A DNA stretch of 64,000 nt from Alphaproteobacteria bacterium (lineage in GTDB: Bacteria > Pseudomonadota > Alphaproteobacteria > JABAAW01 > JAHZMA01): positions 840,821 through 904,820 of the forward strand of contig CBDETR010000004.1 in NCBI GenBank assembly GCA_965243045.1, given 5' to 3'. A program made the position numbers and the translations under genes. The notes under the pieces were generated by a model that made no database searches, was not told where the DNA came from, and worked only from the letters and a program-made list of their open reading frames with translations. Of the stretch, positions 10,683 to 21,860 are shown piece by piece; the first letter of the stretch is position 1, and every line of letters begins with the position of its first letter.

Positions 10683-11410
10683 GATGCACCTGTGATATGA
10701 CGGTTTTTATATTTTTCCTGCAACGATAATAATTCCATGCGTTTTAATATCAGCCAAATGCTAAAAAATGTAACGGTTGTCAGCATTAAAAATAAAGGTG
10801 TTAAAAACTCACCTGCAATCGTTGGGCCGCCTATGCGGATTAATGAAGCCGGTTGATGCAGGCTATTCCACCATTCTACTGAAAATTTGATAATTGGTAA
10901 ATTTACCGCACCCACCATGATGACAATCAACGCATTGGTGCGCCCTGTGCGAGTAGGAAAATTTTGAATGAACAGAAGATAGCCTAAATAAAAGAAAAAT
11001 AGCACCAATACCGATGTTAATCTTGCATCCCACACCCACCATGTGCCCCATATAGGTTTGCCCCAAAGCGAGCCTGTGACAAGGCAGATAAAGGTAAAAC
11101 ACGCCCCCAATGGTGCGGCGGCGCGCACAAAGGTTTCTGCCAAAATATGTTTCCAGACAAAATAAACAAAACCTGCCACTGCCATTGCCGCATAAATCAT
11201 GGTTGCCATATAGGCTGAAGGCACATGCACATACATGATGCGGACAGAGCTTCCCTGTTGATAATCATCAGGTGATGCAAAAAAGGCAAAATATAACCCA
11301 AGAATGAAGCAAATAATCCAGACAAATAAAGAGAACGGACTTAAATATTTTGTCAACTTTTGAAAGCGATAAGGGCTAGAAAAATAATGGAGCATTTTGT
11401 AAAAATTCAT
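10679..11410 (-). CDS. ccmC: heme exporter CcmC
   Basis: RIMYVHVP, WGKPIWGTWWVWDARLTS, WWNSLHQ. Confidence 0.97.
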   Translation of the reverse strand: MNFYKMLHYFSSPYRFQKLTKYLSPFSLFVWIICFILGLYFAFFASPDDYQQGSSVRIMYVHVPSAYMATMIYAAMAVAGFVYFVWKHILAETFVRAAAPLGACFTFICLVTGSLWGKPIWGTWWVWDARLTSVLVLFFFYLGYLLFIQNFPTRTGRTNALIVIMVGAVNLPIIKFSVEWWNSLHQPASLIRIGGPTIAGEFLTPLFLMLTTVTFFSIWLILKRMELLSLQEKYKNRHITGAS

Positions 11411-11419
11411 TGAGTATCA

Positions 11420-12094
11420 TTACCATCTTGCGGTAGAAATTTGTAGAAATTTAACCGCAACTAACGGGCATAATACCGTGCTTAATAAAGAAAATCCAGT
11501 CAGCAATAGTAGATGAGGCAAATAATCCAAGCCAAAATAATGATGCTCAATCGCGGATGCGGCAAAAATCATCATGGGCAGTAAAAGAGGCAGTAATAAT
11601 AAAGCAAAAAAACCATTTCCGCTTGCCATCTGATTGTGCGATGTGGCAAGGGGCGCGCTCATCATGCCGCCCATAAAACTGATGCCTAATAATAGGATAA
11701 GCCCAACCCCTACATAAAGCAGTGTAAAGTTAATAGGAAAATTTGCAACCAGAGCGTAAATCAATAAAGCGGGTAGCAAGCCAATCATTTGTCCAAAATA
11801 AAGCCCGATGATTTTTGCATAAATATAGCATAAAAGTGGCGTGCGACTGCCATGAAGAATTTGCAAAAAACCATGTGTTACATCTTGATTATAAAGCTGG
11901 CTAAGGGGTAGTAGCATGGCAAGCATCAATAAAATAAAGCCGATTTGCATCTGCACAAGGGCAGGGGGGTTGCCAAGATAAAGTGTGAATTGCCCTGATA
12001 ATAAAAGAAACAAAGCTGGCAAAAACAGATTGCCTCGATTGCGCCATTGCAAAGTAAAATCACGTTTTAACAAATAAAAAAATTGCTTAAACAT
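11420..12094 (-). CDS. ccmB: heme exporter permease CcmB
   Basis: Multi-TM, LLLLPLLLPMMIF; lies between ccmA and ccmC. Confidence 0.85.
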   Translation of the reverse strand: MFKQFFYLLKRDFTLQWRNRGNLFLPALFLLLSGQFTLYLGNPPALVQMQIGFILLMLAMLLPLSQLYNQDVTHGFLQILHGSRTPLLCYIYAKIIGLYFGQMIGLLPALLIYALVANFPINFTLLYVGVGLILLLGISFMGGMMSAPLATSHNQMASGNGFFALLLLPLLLPMMIFAASAIEHHYFGLDYLPHLLLLTGFSLLSTVLCPLVAVKFLQISTARW

Positions 12095-12692
12095 ATTCAG
12101 GCGCGCTTATATTTAAGGTGATATGATGATGAGGCTGTATAGGCGGTGCGCTATGGCTGGTAAAAATGAGCATGCCATTTTGGGCAAGATGCGCTTCAAG
12201 CCATTGTTTAAAAATTTTTCTGCTATCCACATCAAGCGCGCTATCGGCCTCATCTAAAATCCATAAAGGGCGCGGGGTGATTTTCAAACGTAACAGGTTT
12301 AATTTTCGTTTTTGCCCCGCAGAAAGTTGATGCGTGAAAGTGGCACGATAATTTTGTAAATTAAATTCTGCTAATAAAGCTTCATTGTTGTCGTATGGTT
12401 GCTGATATAATTTTGCCCATAAACACAAACAATCCTGCACTCTCTCATGAGGGTGAAGTCCGTTATCATGCCCGATATAATGGCTATCGATGGCGTTATA
12501 AGAGCCATGAAACGGCGTTAACAACCCTGCCAATATCGCAAGCAAGGTTGATTTTCCAGCACCATTTGCCCCTTCTACCCATAAAGCTTCCCCTGATTTC
12601 AGGGTGAAATTCACATCCTTAAAAAGCGGATAATCATCGGCAACTGCCATCAGCTTGTGGGCAGTCAAAACTTGTTCATGATAGTGAGCCAT
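12087..12692 (-). CDS. ccmA: heme exporter ATPase CcmA
   Basis: GANGAGKST, LSAGQKRK, PLWILDE, FTSH. Confidence 0.93.
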   Translation of the reverse strand: MAHYHEQVLTAHKLMAVADDYPLFKDVNFTLKSGEALWVEGANGAGKSTLLAILAGLLTPFHGSYNAIDSHYIGHDNGLHPHERVQDCLCLWAKLYQQPYDNNEALLAEFNLQNYRATFTHQLSAGQKRKLNLLRLKITPRPLWILDEADSALDVDSRKIFKQWLEAHLAQNGMLIFTSHSAPPIQPHHHITLNISAPEYV

Positions 12693-12699
12693 ACTAGGC

Positions 12700-13164
12700 T
12701 CACTCCTTATTGGGTGAGATATGTAATAATTTTAAGATGGCATTACTTTGTGGACGTGCTTGGCGTAATTCATCGCATAATTGTGTATCGGAAAATAGTT
12801 GATGGCAATGGGCAAGTAAGCGCAAATGTTCTGCACCGCCACGGTCTGGCACAAGCAATAGAAAAATTAAATCCACCCGCGCATTTTCATATTCATCAAA
12901 TAAAACCGGTTCTTGCAACCGCATGAAAATAGCTAAATAATCTTGCAAATTAGGAATTTTTGTATGGGGCATGGCAACCCCCTCGCTAATCACCGTTGAT
13001 CCTAATTTTTCACGCGCAACCAAAGCACGGAACACAGTATTAATATTGAGCTGATGAATTTGTGTGGCACGCAAGGCAAGCTCGTAAAGCACTTGCTTTT
13101 TAGAATTTGCTTTCATAAAAGGCACAATCGCTTCAGGTTTGAGAATAGTTTGTAAACTTACCAT
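12700..13164 (-). CDS. ptsN: PTS IIA-like nitrogen regulatory protein
   Basis: SKKQVL, REKLGST, GVAMPH, VDLIFLLL; follows hpf; start inferred at MVSLQ. Confidence 0.9.
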   Translation of the reverse strand: MVSLQTILKPEAIVPFMKANSKKQVLYELALRATQIHQLNINTVFRALVAREKLGSTVISEGVAMPHTKIPNLQDYLAIFMRLQEPVLFDEYENARVDLIFLLLVPDRGGAEHLRLLAHCHQLFSDTQLCDELRQARPQSNAILKLLHISPNKE

Positions 13165-13175
13165 TTTGAAAACCC

Positions 13176-13778
13176 TTAATCTAAATGAGGCTCTACCCAA
13201 CCGATATTGCCATCAGGGCGCACATAAACCATGCTTAATCTATCATTGGCAGAATTCTTAAATAGCATGGCATTGCGTCCGCTTAAATCTAAACTTGCAA
13301 CCGCCATAGAAACAGAAAGCATTTTAATTTCAGTGGCTTCTTCGGCAATAATGGCTGGCGCGCCATCTTCTGCCACTGCTTCATTGTCGCCCAAATCATC
13401 CTCTTCATAATCATTATCCATGTCGTTCGGATGGTCAATCACATAATAAAGTGCTTGCATCGCCTGTTTTTCTAGGGCATTTTTATGATAATCGGTGAGT
13501 TTTCTTTTATGACGACGGATTTTTTTACTAACATGCTCTAAGGCTTCATCAAATGCTACATAGGCATTATGGGCACTGCCACGGGCAACCACATCCATTT
13601 TTTTTGCCAGATGCACTTTGATTTCCACATCAAAAAGACTGCCATTTTTTGAAAAAGCAATATCGGCTGTATCAGGGTTGGCAAAATATTTTGTAATAGA
13701 GGGGACAAGATGCGTTTCCACATAATCACGAATGGCATCGGTTAAATCGAAATGGCGAGAATGGGTTGTAATTTGCAT
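13176..13778 (-). CDS. hpf: long-form ribosome hibernation factor (HPF/RaiA)
   Basis: S30AE domain (KKIRRHKRKL) plus C-terminal VYVRPDGNIGWVEP. Confidence 0.92.
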   Translation of the reverse strand: MQITTHSRHFDLTDAIRDYVETHLVPSITKYFANPDTADIAFSKNGSLFDVEIKVHLAKKMDVVARGSAHNAYVAFDEALEHVSKKIRRHKRKLTDYHKNALEKQAMQALYYVIDHPNDMDNDYEEDDLGDNEAVAEDGAPAIIAEEATEIKMLSVSMAVASLDLSGRNAMLFKNSANDRLSMVYVRPDGNIGWVEPHLD

Positions 13779-13843
13779 TTATCTTGCTCCTGCTCAGATA
13801 TTATTAATTTCAAATTTCATTCTGATATGTTTGATAGAGTTTG

Positions 13844-15089
13844 TCAATCGGCAAAGCCTGTGATAATCGCATGATAGATATTGCAGAGCGTTTCAATATC
13901 ATCTATTGGCACGGATTCATCAATCTGATGCATTTGTTTGTTGCATAATCCAAAATCAACCACAGGGCAAAAATTTGCTAAAAAGCGTGAATCAGAAATG
14001 CCCCCTTCGGTAGAAAATTTAGGAGTTATATTTGAGATTAATTGTGTTGCATTGATAATATTATCGTGATGCTTGGTAGGGGCGCAATAAAAGCTTTCAG
14101 AAAAGGCTGTTGAAAGTTGATAACGATATTCAGGTTGCTTCATGGGTTTGGTTTTATCATATAATATTGGTGCGGTTTTTTCTATCATCGCACGAATGGT
14201 TTTTTCAAGCGACGCGCCTTGATGCTGATGATTATAGCGAATATTAAAGCGTGCGGTTGCTTTGCCGGGGCTGATATTGCTCACAGAATTATCAATATCA
14301 ATGCTGGTAATTTGCAAATGGCTGGCAGGAAAAAATTCATCGCCTTTATCCCATTCATGGTTAAGCAGATGATGCAGAATTTCATTCATTCCATGGGCGG
14401 CATTGGCGCATTGTTCGGGGTAGGCAACATGCCCTTGCAAACCATGCAATGTAAGCTTCGCATTGAACGAACCACGCCTGCCAATCTTCATGGCATCGCC
14501 TACTTGCTTGCTTGAAGTTGGCTCGCCTGTGATGCAAAAATCAATTTTCTTGCCTTGTTGTTGCAACCAAGTCACTATTTTGGCAACACCATTAATGGCT
14601 TTATCTTCTTCATCGCCTGTGATGATGATGCTTAAAATAATCGGTTTTTGTTGCAATTTATTTTCTGAAATAAAGCGCGCCAATGCAATAATCCACGAGG
14701 CAACAGCTGATTTCATATCTACCGAACCACGTCCGAATAAACGCCCCTCTCTTTGTTGGGGGCTAAAAGGTGGTGATTGCCATAAGGCTTCATCGCCTGC
14801 TGGCACCACATCAACATGTCCACAAAAAGCAAGATGGCAGAGATGATTTTCTGGCTGATTATCGGGGTTGCATTGATATTCTGCATAAAGATTGTCAACC
14901 ATTTCATCATTCGCCACCGTCATTTTCGCCACCGTCATTTTCGCCAAAAGGCAGACGTGTGCATGTAAAGCCTAGCTCTGTTAGCAGATTTTCTATCAGG
15001 TCAAAAATATCGCCACGCGCAGGTGAAACGCTTGGGTAAGAAATCAACTTTTCCGTTAATGCAACAGGGTTGGTGAATAACTCATTCAT
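13844..15089 (-). pseudogene. dapE: succinyl-diaminopimelate desuccinylase, split by a frameshift near 14907 (real or sequencing error)
   Basis: N-part (PVALTEKLISYPSVSP) and C-part (VDNLYA, FCGHVDVVP, GRGSVDMK, TGDEE, GRRGS, QGHVAYP, MHQIDE) are in different frames across a 15-bp tandem repeat. Confidence 0.85.
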
Positions 15090-15102
15090 AGGACAAAATT
15101 TG

Positions 15103-15939
15103 TTAGCTCCGCAATAAATCATTGATAGAGGTTTTAGAACGCGTGCGTGCATCAACTTGCTTGACAATCACAGCGCAATAAAGATTAGGACCGGGGCTAC
15201 CATCTGGCAGAGGCTTGCCCGGCAACGTGCCTGAAACCACAACAGAATAAGGCGGGACTTCGCCTTGATAAATCTCACCTGTATTGCGGTCAATAATTTT
15301 GGTAGAAGCACCAATGTAAACCCCCATAGAAAGCACAGAGCCTTCACGGATAATCACGCCTTCAGCAACTTCCGCCCGCGCGCCGATAAAGCAATTATCT
15401 TCAATAATAACAGGACCTGCTTGTAAAGGTTCTAAAACACCGCCAATCCCAGCACCACCTGAAAGATGCACATTCTTGCCAATTTGCGCGCAAGAACCAA
15501 CTGTTGCCCATGTATCAATCATGGCGCCTTCATCTACATAAGCACCTAAATTCACAAAGCTTGGCATAAGCACAACATTCGGGGCGATAAAGGCACTATG
15601 GCGCACCGTGCAATTAGGCACAGCGCGGAAGCCTGCTTTGGTAAAATCTTCTGCGCGCCAATTTGCAAATTTTGATGAAACCTTATCCCACCAAATGCCA
15701 CCATCAGCACCGCCTGATATTTCACGCATCGCATTGATGCGGAATGAAAGAAGCACGGCTTTTTTTGCCCATTGGTTGATATGCCAATCATCACCTTCTT
15801 TTTCGGCAACACGCAATTTGCCACTATCAAGCAAGTTTAAGGTATCGTTAATGGCATCACGCTTTTCACCTGTTATGTCAGGATTTAGTGAATCACGTAT
15901 TTCCCATAATTGCTCAATTGTTTGTTGTAACTGTTCCAT
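15103..15939 (-). CDS. dapD: tetrahydrodipicolinate N-succinyltransferase
   Basis: [45 protein letters not shown]. Confidence 0.98.
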   Translation of the reverse strand: MEQLQQTIEQLWEIRDSLNPDITGEKRDAINDTLNLLDSGKLRVAEKEGDDWHINQWAKKAVLLSFRINAMREISGGADGGIWWDKVSSKFANWRAEDFTKAGFRAVPNCTVRHSAFIAPNVVLMPSFVNLGAYVDEGAMIDTWATVGSCAQIGKNVHLSGGAGIGGVLEPLQAGPVIIEDNCFIGARAEVAEGVIIREGSVLSMGVYIGASTKIIDRNTGEIYQGEVPPYSVVVSGTLPGKPLPDGSPGPNLYCAVIVKQVDARTRSKTSINDLLRS

Positions 15940-16093
15940 TGTTTACCTCTGCTGATATGTTAAATTTCTGTAAGCAAGGCAATAGCAAAATTATCACGGA
16001 TAGGCAATAATAAACCGTGTATAGCATTAAAAAAAATATAAGAGTGATTGCTTTTATCGGGGTGAAATATTAAAAATGCGTTAAGGGAAGAAT

Positions 16094-18067
16094 ATGAATC
16101 ATTTGTCAACTCATTTTACAAATTTATTAAACGCGCTTAATCCAGAACAGCGCGAAGCTTGCACGCAATTAGATGGTGCTTTGCTGGTATTGGCAGGTGC
16201 TGGCACTGGGAAAACACGGGTTTTAACCACGCGGCTTGCCCATTTAATTGCCAGTGGTAAGGCGCGCTCTTATGAAGTTTTGGCAGTCACCTTTACCAAT
16301 AAAGCTGCCAGTGAAATGCGCGAACGAATTGAAAAATTGCTGGATATATCCCCTGATGGTGCTTCGGATATTCCATCGGGGCGGTTAAATGTAGGCACGT
16401 TTCATTCCTTATCAGCACGGTTTTTACGCCAACATAGTGAATTTGTAGGGCTAACGCCACGCTTTACGATTCTAGACCCTGATGACCAAATTAGATTGAT
16501 GCGCGAATTATTAACTGAAAATGGCGCAGGTGAAGATAATAAAAATTATGCACGCATGTTGATTTATATGATTGACCGTTGGAAGAATAAGGCATGGGTG
16601 CCTGATGATGTGCCTAAAGATGAGCAAGTTGATATGATGGGTACGAATTTGCAGGATTTCTATCAATTATATCAGGATAGATTGAAAACATTAAATGCCG
16701 TTGATTTTGGTGATTTGCTGTTGCATATGGTAGAAATTTGGCAGAAAAATCCTGACATTTTGCAAAAGTTCCATCAGCGTTTTCGCTATATTTTGGTGGA
16801 TGAATATCAAGATACCAATGTGGCACAATATTTATGGCTTAGATTATTGGCACAGAAAAATCGTAATATCTGTTGTGTAGGCGATGATGACCAAGCGATT
16901 TATTCATGGCGTGGTGCAGAAATTACCAATATTTTGCGGTTTGAAAAAGATTATCCAGAATCAAAAACCATTCGTCTTGAAATCAATTATCGTTCCACTG
17001 GGCATATTTTGCATGTGGCATCAAAGCTGATTGACCATAATCAAGGCAGGATGGGCAAAAAATTACGTTCTGATGATGAGATGGGTGAAAAAATTAGGGT
17101 GGGGCAGTTTTTCTCTGGTGATGAGGAAGCAAATTTTGTTGCCCAAGAGGCTGAAAGCCTAGCGATGAAGAAAATCCCTTTTAATGAGATGGCAGTGTTG
17201 GTGCGAACAGGAGCGCAGACGCGTGCTTTTGAGGAAAGCCTGTTAAAATTGGGTATTTCGTATCAAATCATTGGTGGCTTGCGCTTTTATGAACGCGAGG
17301 AAATTCGTGATATGGTTGGGTATTTGCGGTTAGTCGCGCAAGATAATGATGATTTGGCATTGCAACGCATTATCAATAAGCCCACTCGTGGCATTGGTGG
17401 TACTTCATTACAGACGTTAAGGCAGATGGCACTCACGCGGAAAATGCCGATTTATACATTTCTTAAAAATGAATTAGAGAATGTGCCAGAGATTAAAGCG
17501 CGCACTCGCAATGCCTGCAATGGGTTTGTGGCAATGATAGAAAAAGCGCGTAAAATGGCAGAAGAAGAATATCCGTTGCCACAAATTACTGAATTCTTAA
17601 TTCAAGAAAGTGGTTATCGCGATATGTTAAAGAAAAACCCTGATAAAATCAAAAGCGGAAGCAAGCAAGATAATCTGAATGAATTATTGATAGCGCAACA
17701 GCAGATGCATGATTTAGATGAATTTTTAGAGCATATTTCATTGATAATGGATAATGATACGCCACGCGAATTATCGGTTTATTTGATGACCATTCATGCT
17801 GCCAAAGGATTAGAATTTGATACGGTGTTTTTGCCCGGTTGGGAAGATGGGCTTTTTCCATCGCAACGAACGATAGAAGAAAGTGGCAATGTAGGGTTGG
17901 AAGAAGAAAGAAGGCTGGCTTATGTGGCGATTACGCGTGCGAAAAAACGCACTTATATTTCGCATGTAGCGGGCAGAAGATTATATGGGCAGTTTCAGAT
18001 GGCAAGCCCATCGCGCTTTATCAATGAATTAGCAGAAGATTCTATAGAAACAATATCCACTTATTAA
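16094..18067 (+). CDS. uvrD: UvrD/PcrA DNA helicase
   Basis: AGAGTGKT, VDEYQDTN, VGDDDQAIYSWRGA, TIHAAKGLEF, EEERRLAYVAITRA. Confidence 0.95.
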   Translation: MNHLSTHFTNLLNALNPEQREACTQLDGALLVLAGAGTGKTRVLTTRLAHLIASGKARSYEVLAVTFTNKAASEMRERIEKLLDISPDGASDIPSGRLNVGTFHSLSARFLRQHSEFVGLTPRFTILDPDDQIRLMRELLTENGAGEDNKNYARMLIYMIDRWKNKAWVPDDVPKDEQVDMMGTNLQDFYQLYQDRLKTLNAVDFGDLLLHMVEIWQKNPDILQKFHQRFRYILVDEYQDTNVAQYLWLRLLAQKNRNICCVGDDDQAIYSWRGAEITNILRFEKDYPESKTIRLEINYRSTGHILHVASKLIDHNQGRMGKKLRSDDEMGEKIRVGQFFSGDEEANFVAQEAESLAMKKIPFNEMAVLVRTGAQTRAFEESLLKLGISYQIIGGLRFYEREEIRDMVGYLRLVAQDNDDLALQRIINKPTRGIGGTSLQTLRQMALTRKMPIYTFLKNELENVPEIKARTRNACNGFVAMIEKARKMAEEEYPLPQITEFLIQESGYRDMLKKNPDKIKSGSKQDNLNELLIAQQQMHDLDEFLEHISLIMDNDTPRELSVYLMTIHAAKGLEFDTVFLPGWEDGLFPSQRTIEESGNVGLEEERRLAYVAITRAKKRTYISHVAGRRLYGQFQMASPSRFINELAEDSIETISTY

Positions 18068-18077
18068 AGGGTAGAAA

Positions 18078-18794
18078 ATGCCAGAAACTAGCCTAGAACG
18101 CCATATTATATTTGATACCGAAACAACTGGTTTTGACCCCGCTACAGGCGATAAAATTGTAGAAATCGGTGCGTTGGAAATGATTGATTTCGAGCTTACG
18201 GGTGAAGAATTTCACTGCTATCTTAACCCTGAGCGTGATATGCCCGATAGTGCGTTTCAAGTGCATGGGTTGGGTGATGATTTCTTAGCGGATAAACCGT
18301 TATTTGCGGATATGGCGCAAGGGTTTTTGGATTTTGTGGGTGATGGCATATTGGTGGCACATGCTGCCTCGTTTGATATGAAATTTATTCAGGCTGAATT
18401 GGAAGCGAATGGGTTTAAGAGCCTTAACAATAAGGTGGTTGATACGCTGATTTTAGCGCGTCAAAAATTCACAGGGCAGAAAAATAGTTTGGATGCACTC
18501 ACCGATAGATTTGGAATAGATTCCAGTATGCGTGAAAAACATGGCGCGTTATTGGATTCAAAAATTTTGGCAGAAGTATATCTTGAATTATTGGGCAAAA
18601 GACAAAGAGGTTTATTAGATGGTGCTACCCATCAAGATGATAAGCACGCGTTGGTAGAATTAGAAGATGATATTAATACCCCCCAACATCGCTTGGAACA
18701 AAAAATTATCATCAAAGCCAGTGATGATGAGTTGACAGCGCATCAGGCGATGCAAGAAAATTTTGGCAATGATTGCTTGTGGAAAAAACATTAG
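18078..18794 (+). CDS. dnaQ: DNA polymerase III epsilon subunit
   Basis: FDTETTG, HGALLDSKILAEVYLEL. Confidence 0.95.
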   Translation: MPETSLERHIIFDTETTGFDPATGDKIVEIGALEMIDFELTGEEFHCYLNPERDMPDSAFQVHGLGDDFLADKPLFADMAQGFLDFVGDGILVAHAASFDMKFIQAELEANGFKSLNNKVVDTLILARQKFTGQKNSLDALTDRFGIDSSMREKHGALLDSKILAEVYLELLGKRQRGLLDGATHQDDKHALVELEDDINTPQHRLEQKIIIKASDDELTAHQAMQENFGNDCLWKKH

Positions 18795-18842
18795 ATTGCT
18801 ATAAGAGAATATTATTTTTGCAATCATAGGAGTTTTTGCAAT

Positions 18843-19867
18843 ATGAAGAGACTATTAGATTTTTTCTTTGCTTCCAATTTAGACAATCGAAAAAGATATT
18901 TTTTTATTTTTATCGCGGTGATTATCTGCATTCAATCATTATCAAGCATCTTACCCTACCGAGAACGTTTTGATATTCCTTCTGAAAAATTGTTTTTTCG
19001 TCTGTTTGGGGGTACGCCAATGATCTAAATTTTGATTATCAACCTTTTTTGCACCCAGTTTTAGATTATCAGGTTCATCCACAGTTATTCTTCAATTCAG
19101 CTGAAGTCCCTATCAATAATTATAATGTCGTTATTCAAGAAAAATTACGCGCAACAGGAGATAAGATTCCTCATATTTTGGCATGAATATTACTGTTAGC
19201 AATTTATTTTCACCATATATGTAATGCTCAAAGAAATATTCATTATTATACAAAGATTTTGGTTGCAACGATTCTTACATTTGCAATGGTTGCATTACAT
19301 GCCTATGATTTTATGAGTGTGCAAGCAGCAAGCTGTGTTGCGCTTTATATGTATTTCTTCGGCGCAAATCATAAAGGTTCATTAAGTGAATTGGTGAGGA
19401 AGTTGCTACCGGGTATATGTGTGACAACAGTCGCTGTTATAATTGGCTTATTACTCGTTATTATATTGCATTTGCAAATTGTATCTTTTGATGATTTTTT
19501 GCGTAATACAACCAGACGTTCTATTGATTTAGTAAATAATTATCCTCTTCGTGTTGACCATTATCGTCCTAGCATTCTAACGGTTTTCATAAAATCTGCG
19601 GTGCCATTATTATTGATGTTTGTGATACCCGTTTTGTTAATTTTCACTTTTGTGAAAGAACAAAGTAAGTGGTTGTTGATGATTGTATTATTATTGCCTG
19701 TGTTGGGTGGTTTGTTATGGCAAATTCTTTTCCCCGAACATCGCAATCATGTAGAGCAATTTGAGCAAAGTCTGTATTATGGCATGTTGCCGATGTTGTT
19801 ATTGGTTGCAAGCCATCCTGATATCAATCAGCACATGAGTGCTTTCTTGCAAAAATTATTGAAATAA
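18843..19867 (+). pseudogene. disrupted membrane protein gene
   Basis: The frame of ORF 19259-19867 extends back to about 19016 through an in-frame TGA at 19184; a frameshift near the T/G runs at about 18993-19012 joins it to ORF 18843. Confidence 0.55.
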
Positions 19868-19944
19868 TCTCACATTCTTCTTGCAATCGCCCTTACATGT
19901 GCTAGAAAGAAATAAAGAGCTTTTTTTGATAAGGTGATGCAATA

Positions 19945-20976
19945 ATGCAAGAAACTATTGCAGATAATACAGCGCAAAGCAGGCTTGAAAAAAAGAGCAA
20001 AATATGGCTGTTTTTACCAAAATTGCCGATTAAATGTGGTTCGCCACTTTTTCAACTGCCCCCTAACCCATTGAAGGTGGCTCGCTATTGGCTTGGTGCG
20101 GGCTGGCTGTTATCCGTAAAAATTTTAATCTTATGCACCGCATGGCTAACGCTCAATCACTGGATGCAACCGATTGAAACTTACGCATCATTTGCATCAA
20201 ATGGGTTTTGGGATAATTGGTTTTTGCAACATTATATCCGCAATTTTGCGCTGATGGTTTGCGTGGTTGGTGGCTTGCATATTCTTCTTTATCGTTTGAA
20301 ATGGCAGAATGATGTTTTTCGTTTTGACCCCCGCCCTTTTGCAAAAAACAACAAATTATTCGCCTTTAATAATCAGGTTTGGGATAATATATTATGGAGT
20401 TTGGCAAGCGGGGTAATTATTTGGACTGCGTATGAGGCTTTCATGTTATGGGCATATGCAAGCGATTTATTGCCAAAGGCGACATTTGCTGAAAACCCGA
20501 TTTGGTTCTGCGCCTTATTCATTATTCTGCCCGCATGGCAATCCATTCATTTCTTCTTTATTCACCGCTTCTTGCATTGGAAACCGCTTTACCGTATCGC
20601 GCATTCGGTGCATCATCGCAATACCAATATCGGACCATGGTCGGGCTTTTCCATGCACCCTGTTGAACATATGCTTTATCTTAGCTATATATTCATTGTA
20701 TTTATTCTGCCCGCGCACCCCTTACATATTATTTTTATGTTGCAATTTAATTCTGTTGGCACCGCCATCGGACATGCAGGGTTTGAATCTTTGGTTATTT
20801 TCAAAAAATTGAAAATATCGCTGTCGCCTTTTGACCATCAATTGCATCATCGTTATTTTGATTGCAATTATGGCAATGCTGGCGAAGTGCCGCTTGATAA
20901 ATGGATGGGTACATTTCATGATGGTACGGCTGAAGGCATGGCGCATATGCGTGCAAGGCAAAAAAGAGATAAATAA
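19945..20976 (+). CDS. sterol desaturase / fatty acid hydroxylase family protein
   Basis: His boxes HRFLH, HSVHH, HQLHH; GFSMHPVEH. Confidence 0.9.
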   Translation: MQETIADNTAQSRLEKKSKIWLFLPKLPIKCGSPLFQLPPNPLKVARYWLGAGWLLSVKILILCTAWLTLNHWMQPIETYASFASNGFWDNWFLQHYIRNFALMVCVVGGLHILLYRLKWQNDVFRFDPRPFAKNNKLFAFNNQVWDNILWSLASGVIIWTAYEAFMLWAYASDLLPKATFAENPIWFCALFIILPAWQSIHFFFIHRFLHWKPLYRIAHSVHHRNTNIGPWSGFSMHPVEHMLYLSYIFIVFILPAHPLHIIFMLQFNSVGTAIGHAGFESLVIFKKLKISLSPFDHQLHHRYFDCNYGNAGEVPLDKWMGTFHDGTAEGMAHMRARQKRDK

Positions 20977-21119
20977 CTTATTATTTTTGCAACTTTCAAA
21001 TGGTTTTTTCATCAGTTTCAAATATTTCTTTTATCGGTTTTAAACAATGATGCTTGTGATTGATGCCGTAAATGGCTATATTGCATTGGATTAGATTTGA
21101 ATCATAAGGATACGGAATA

Positions 21120-21512
21120 ATGATGATGCGTGGTAAATTTTTATCTCAGTTGCGTTTGTTGATGATGGCGATATTCTGCATGGCTTGGCTTGGCAATCAG
21201 GCAATAGCAGCGGATGGGGCAGCAGATGGCGCAAAAATTTTCAAGCGATGCAAAGCATGTCATACATTGGAGGGCAAAAATAAAATTGGTCCTTATGTGA
21301 ATGGTGTTGTAGGGCGGGAAGCCGCCGCAGTTAAAGGGTTTAAGTATTCACGAGCCATGAAAGATTCAGGGCTTGTTTGGACAGAGGAAAATCTAGATAA
21401 ATATTTGGCAAATCCGCGTAAATTTATCCCAAAAAATAAGATGGCATTTGCAGGGTTAAGAAAAGAAGAAGAACGCAAAGCAGTGATTGATTATATGGCG
21501 GGTTTCGAATAA
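21120..21512 (+). CDS. class I cytochrome c (c2 family)
   Basis: Signal peptide, CKACH, KIGP, PKNKMAFAGL. Confidence 0.93.
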   Translation: MMMRGKFLSQLRLLMMAIFCMAWLGNQAIAADGAADGAKIFKRCKACHTLEGKNKIGPYVNGVVGREAAAVKGFKYSRAMKDSGLVWTEENLDKYLANPRKFIPKNKMAFAGLRKEEERKAVIDYMAGFE

Positions 21513-21544
21513 CATAGCGCGGATATTCTTTTTAAGTTTCCTAT

Positions 21545-21620
21545 AGGAGTGTAGCTCAATTGGTAGAGCACCGGTCTCCAAAACCGGGGGTTGCGGGTTC
21601 GAGTCCCTCCACTCCTGCCA
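21545..21620 (+). tRNA. trnW: tRNA-Trp (CCA)
   Basis: 76-nt cloverleaf AGGAGTG...CACTCCT-GCCA; anticodon loop CTCCAAA; GGTTCGAGTCC T-arm. Confidence 0.97.
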
Positions 21621-21625
21621 TTTAT

Positions 21626-21775
21626 TTCGCTTGGGTTGGCAAAAGCCACCCTGCGCTATATGGGGTTGCGACCTTGCTTATCGCAAGGAACCCCAAACCC
21701 CCGCGCATTAATATCGCTTGGGTTGGCAAAAGCCACCCTGCGCTATATGGGGTTGCGGGGGCATCGCACCCCCTT
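21626..21775. repeat. modular dispersed repeat cluster (REP-like)
   Basis: TCGCTTGGGTTGGCAAAAGCCACCCTGCGCTATATGGGGTTGCG occurs twice; GGGGTTGCG-hairpin-AACCCCAAACCCCCGC unit at 21662-21704. Confidence 0.8.
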
Positions 21776-21860
21776 AAAGATGTAAATAATAAATTAAAAG
21801 ATGAATTTTGAGACAGCTCTTGGTATGATAATTTTACATCATTGTTAACAGAGAGTAAAA

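Noticed and set aside
21560-21811. ORFs 21560-21811 and 21591-21785
   Set aside because: They overlap tRNA-Trp and the repeat cluster
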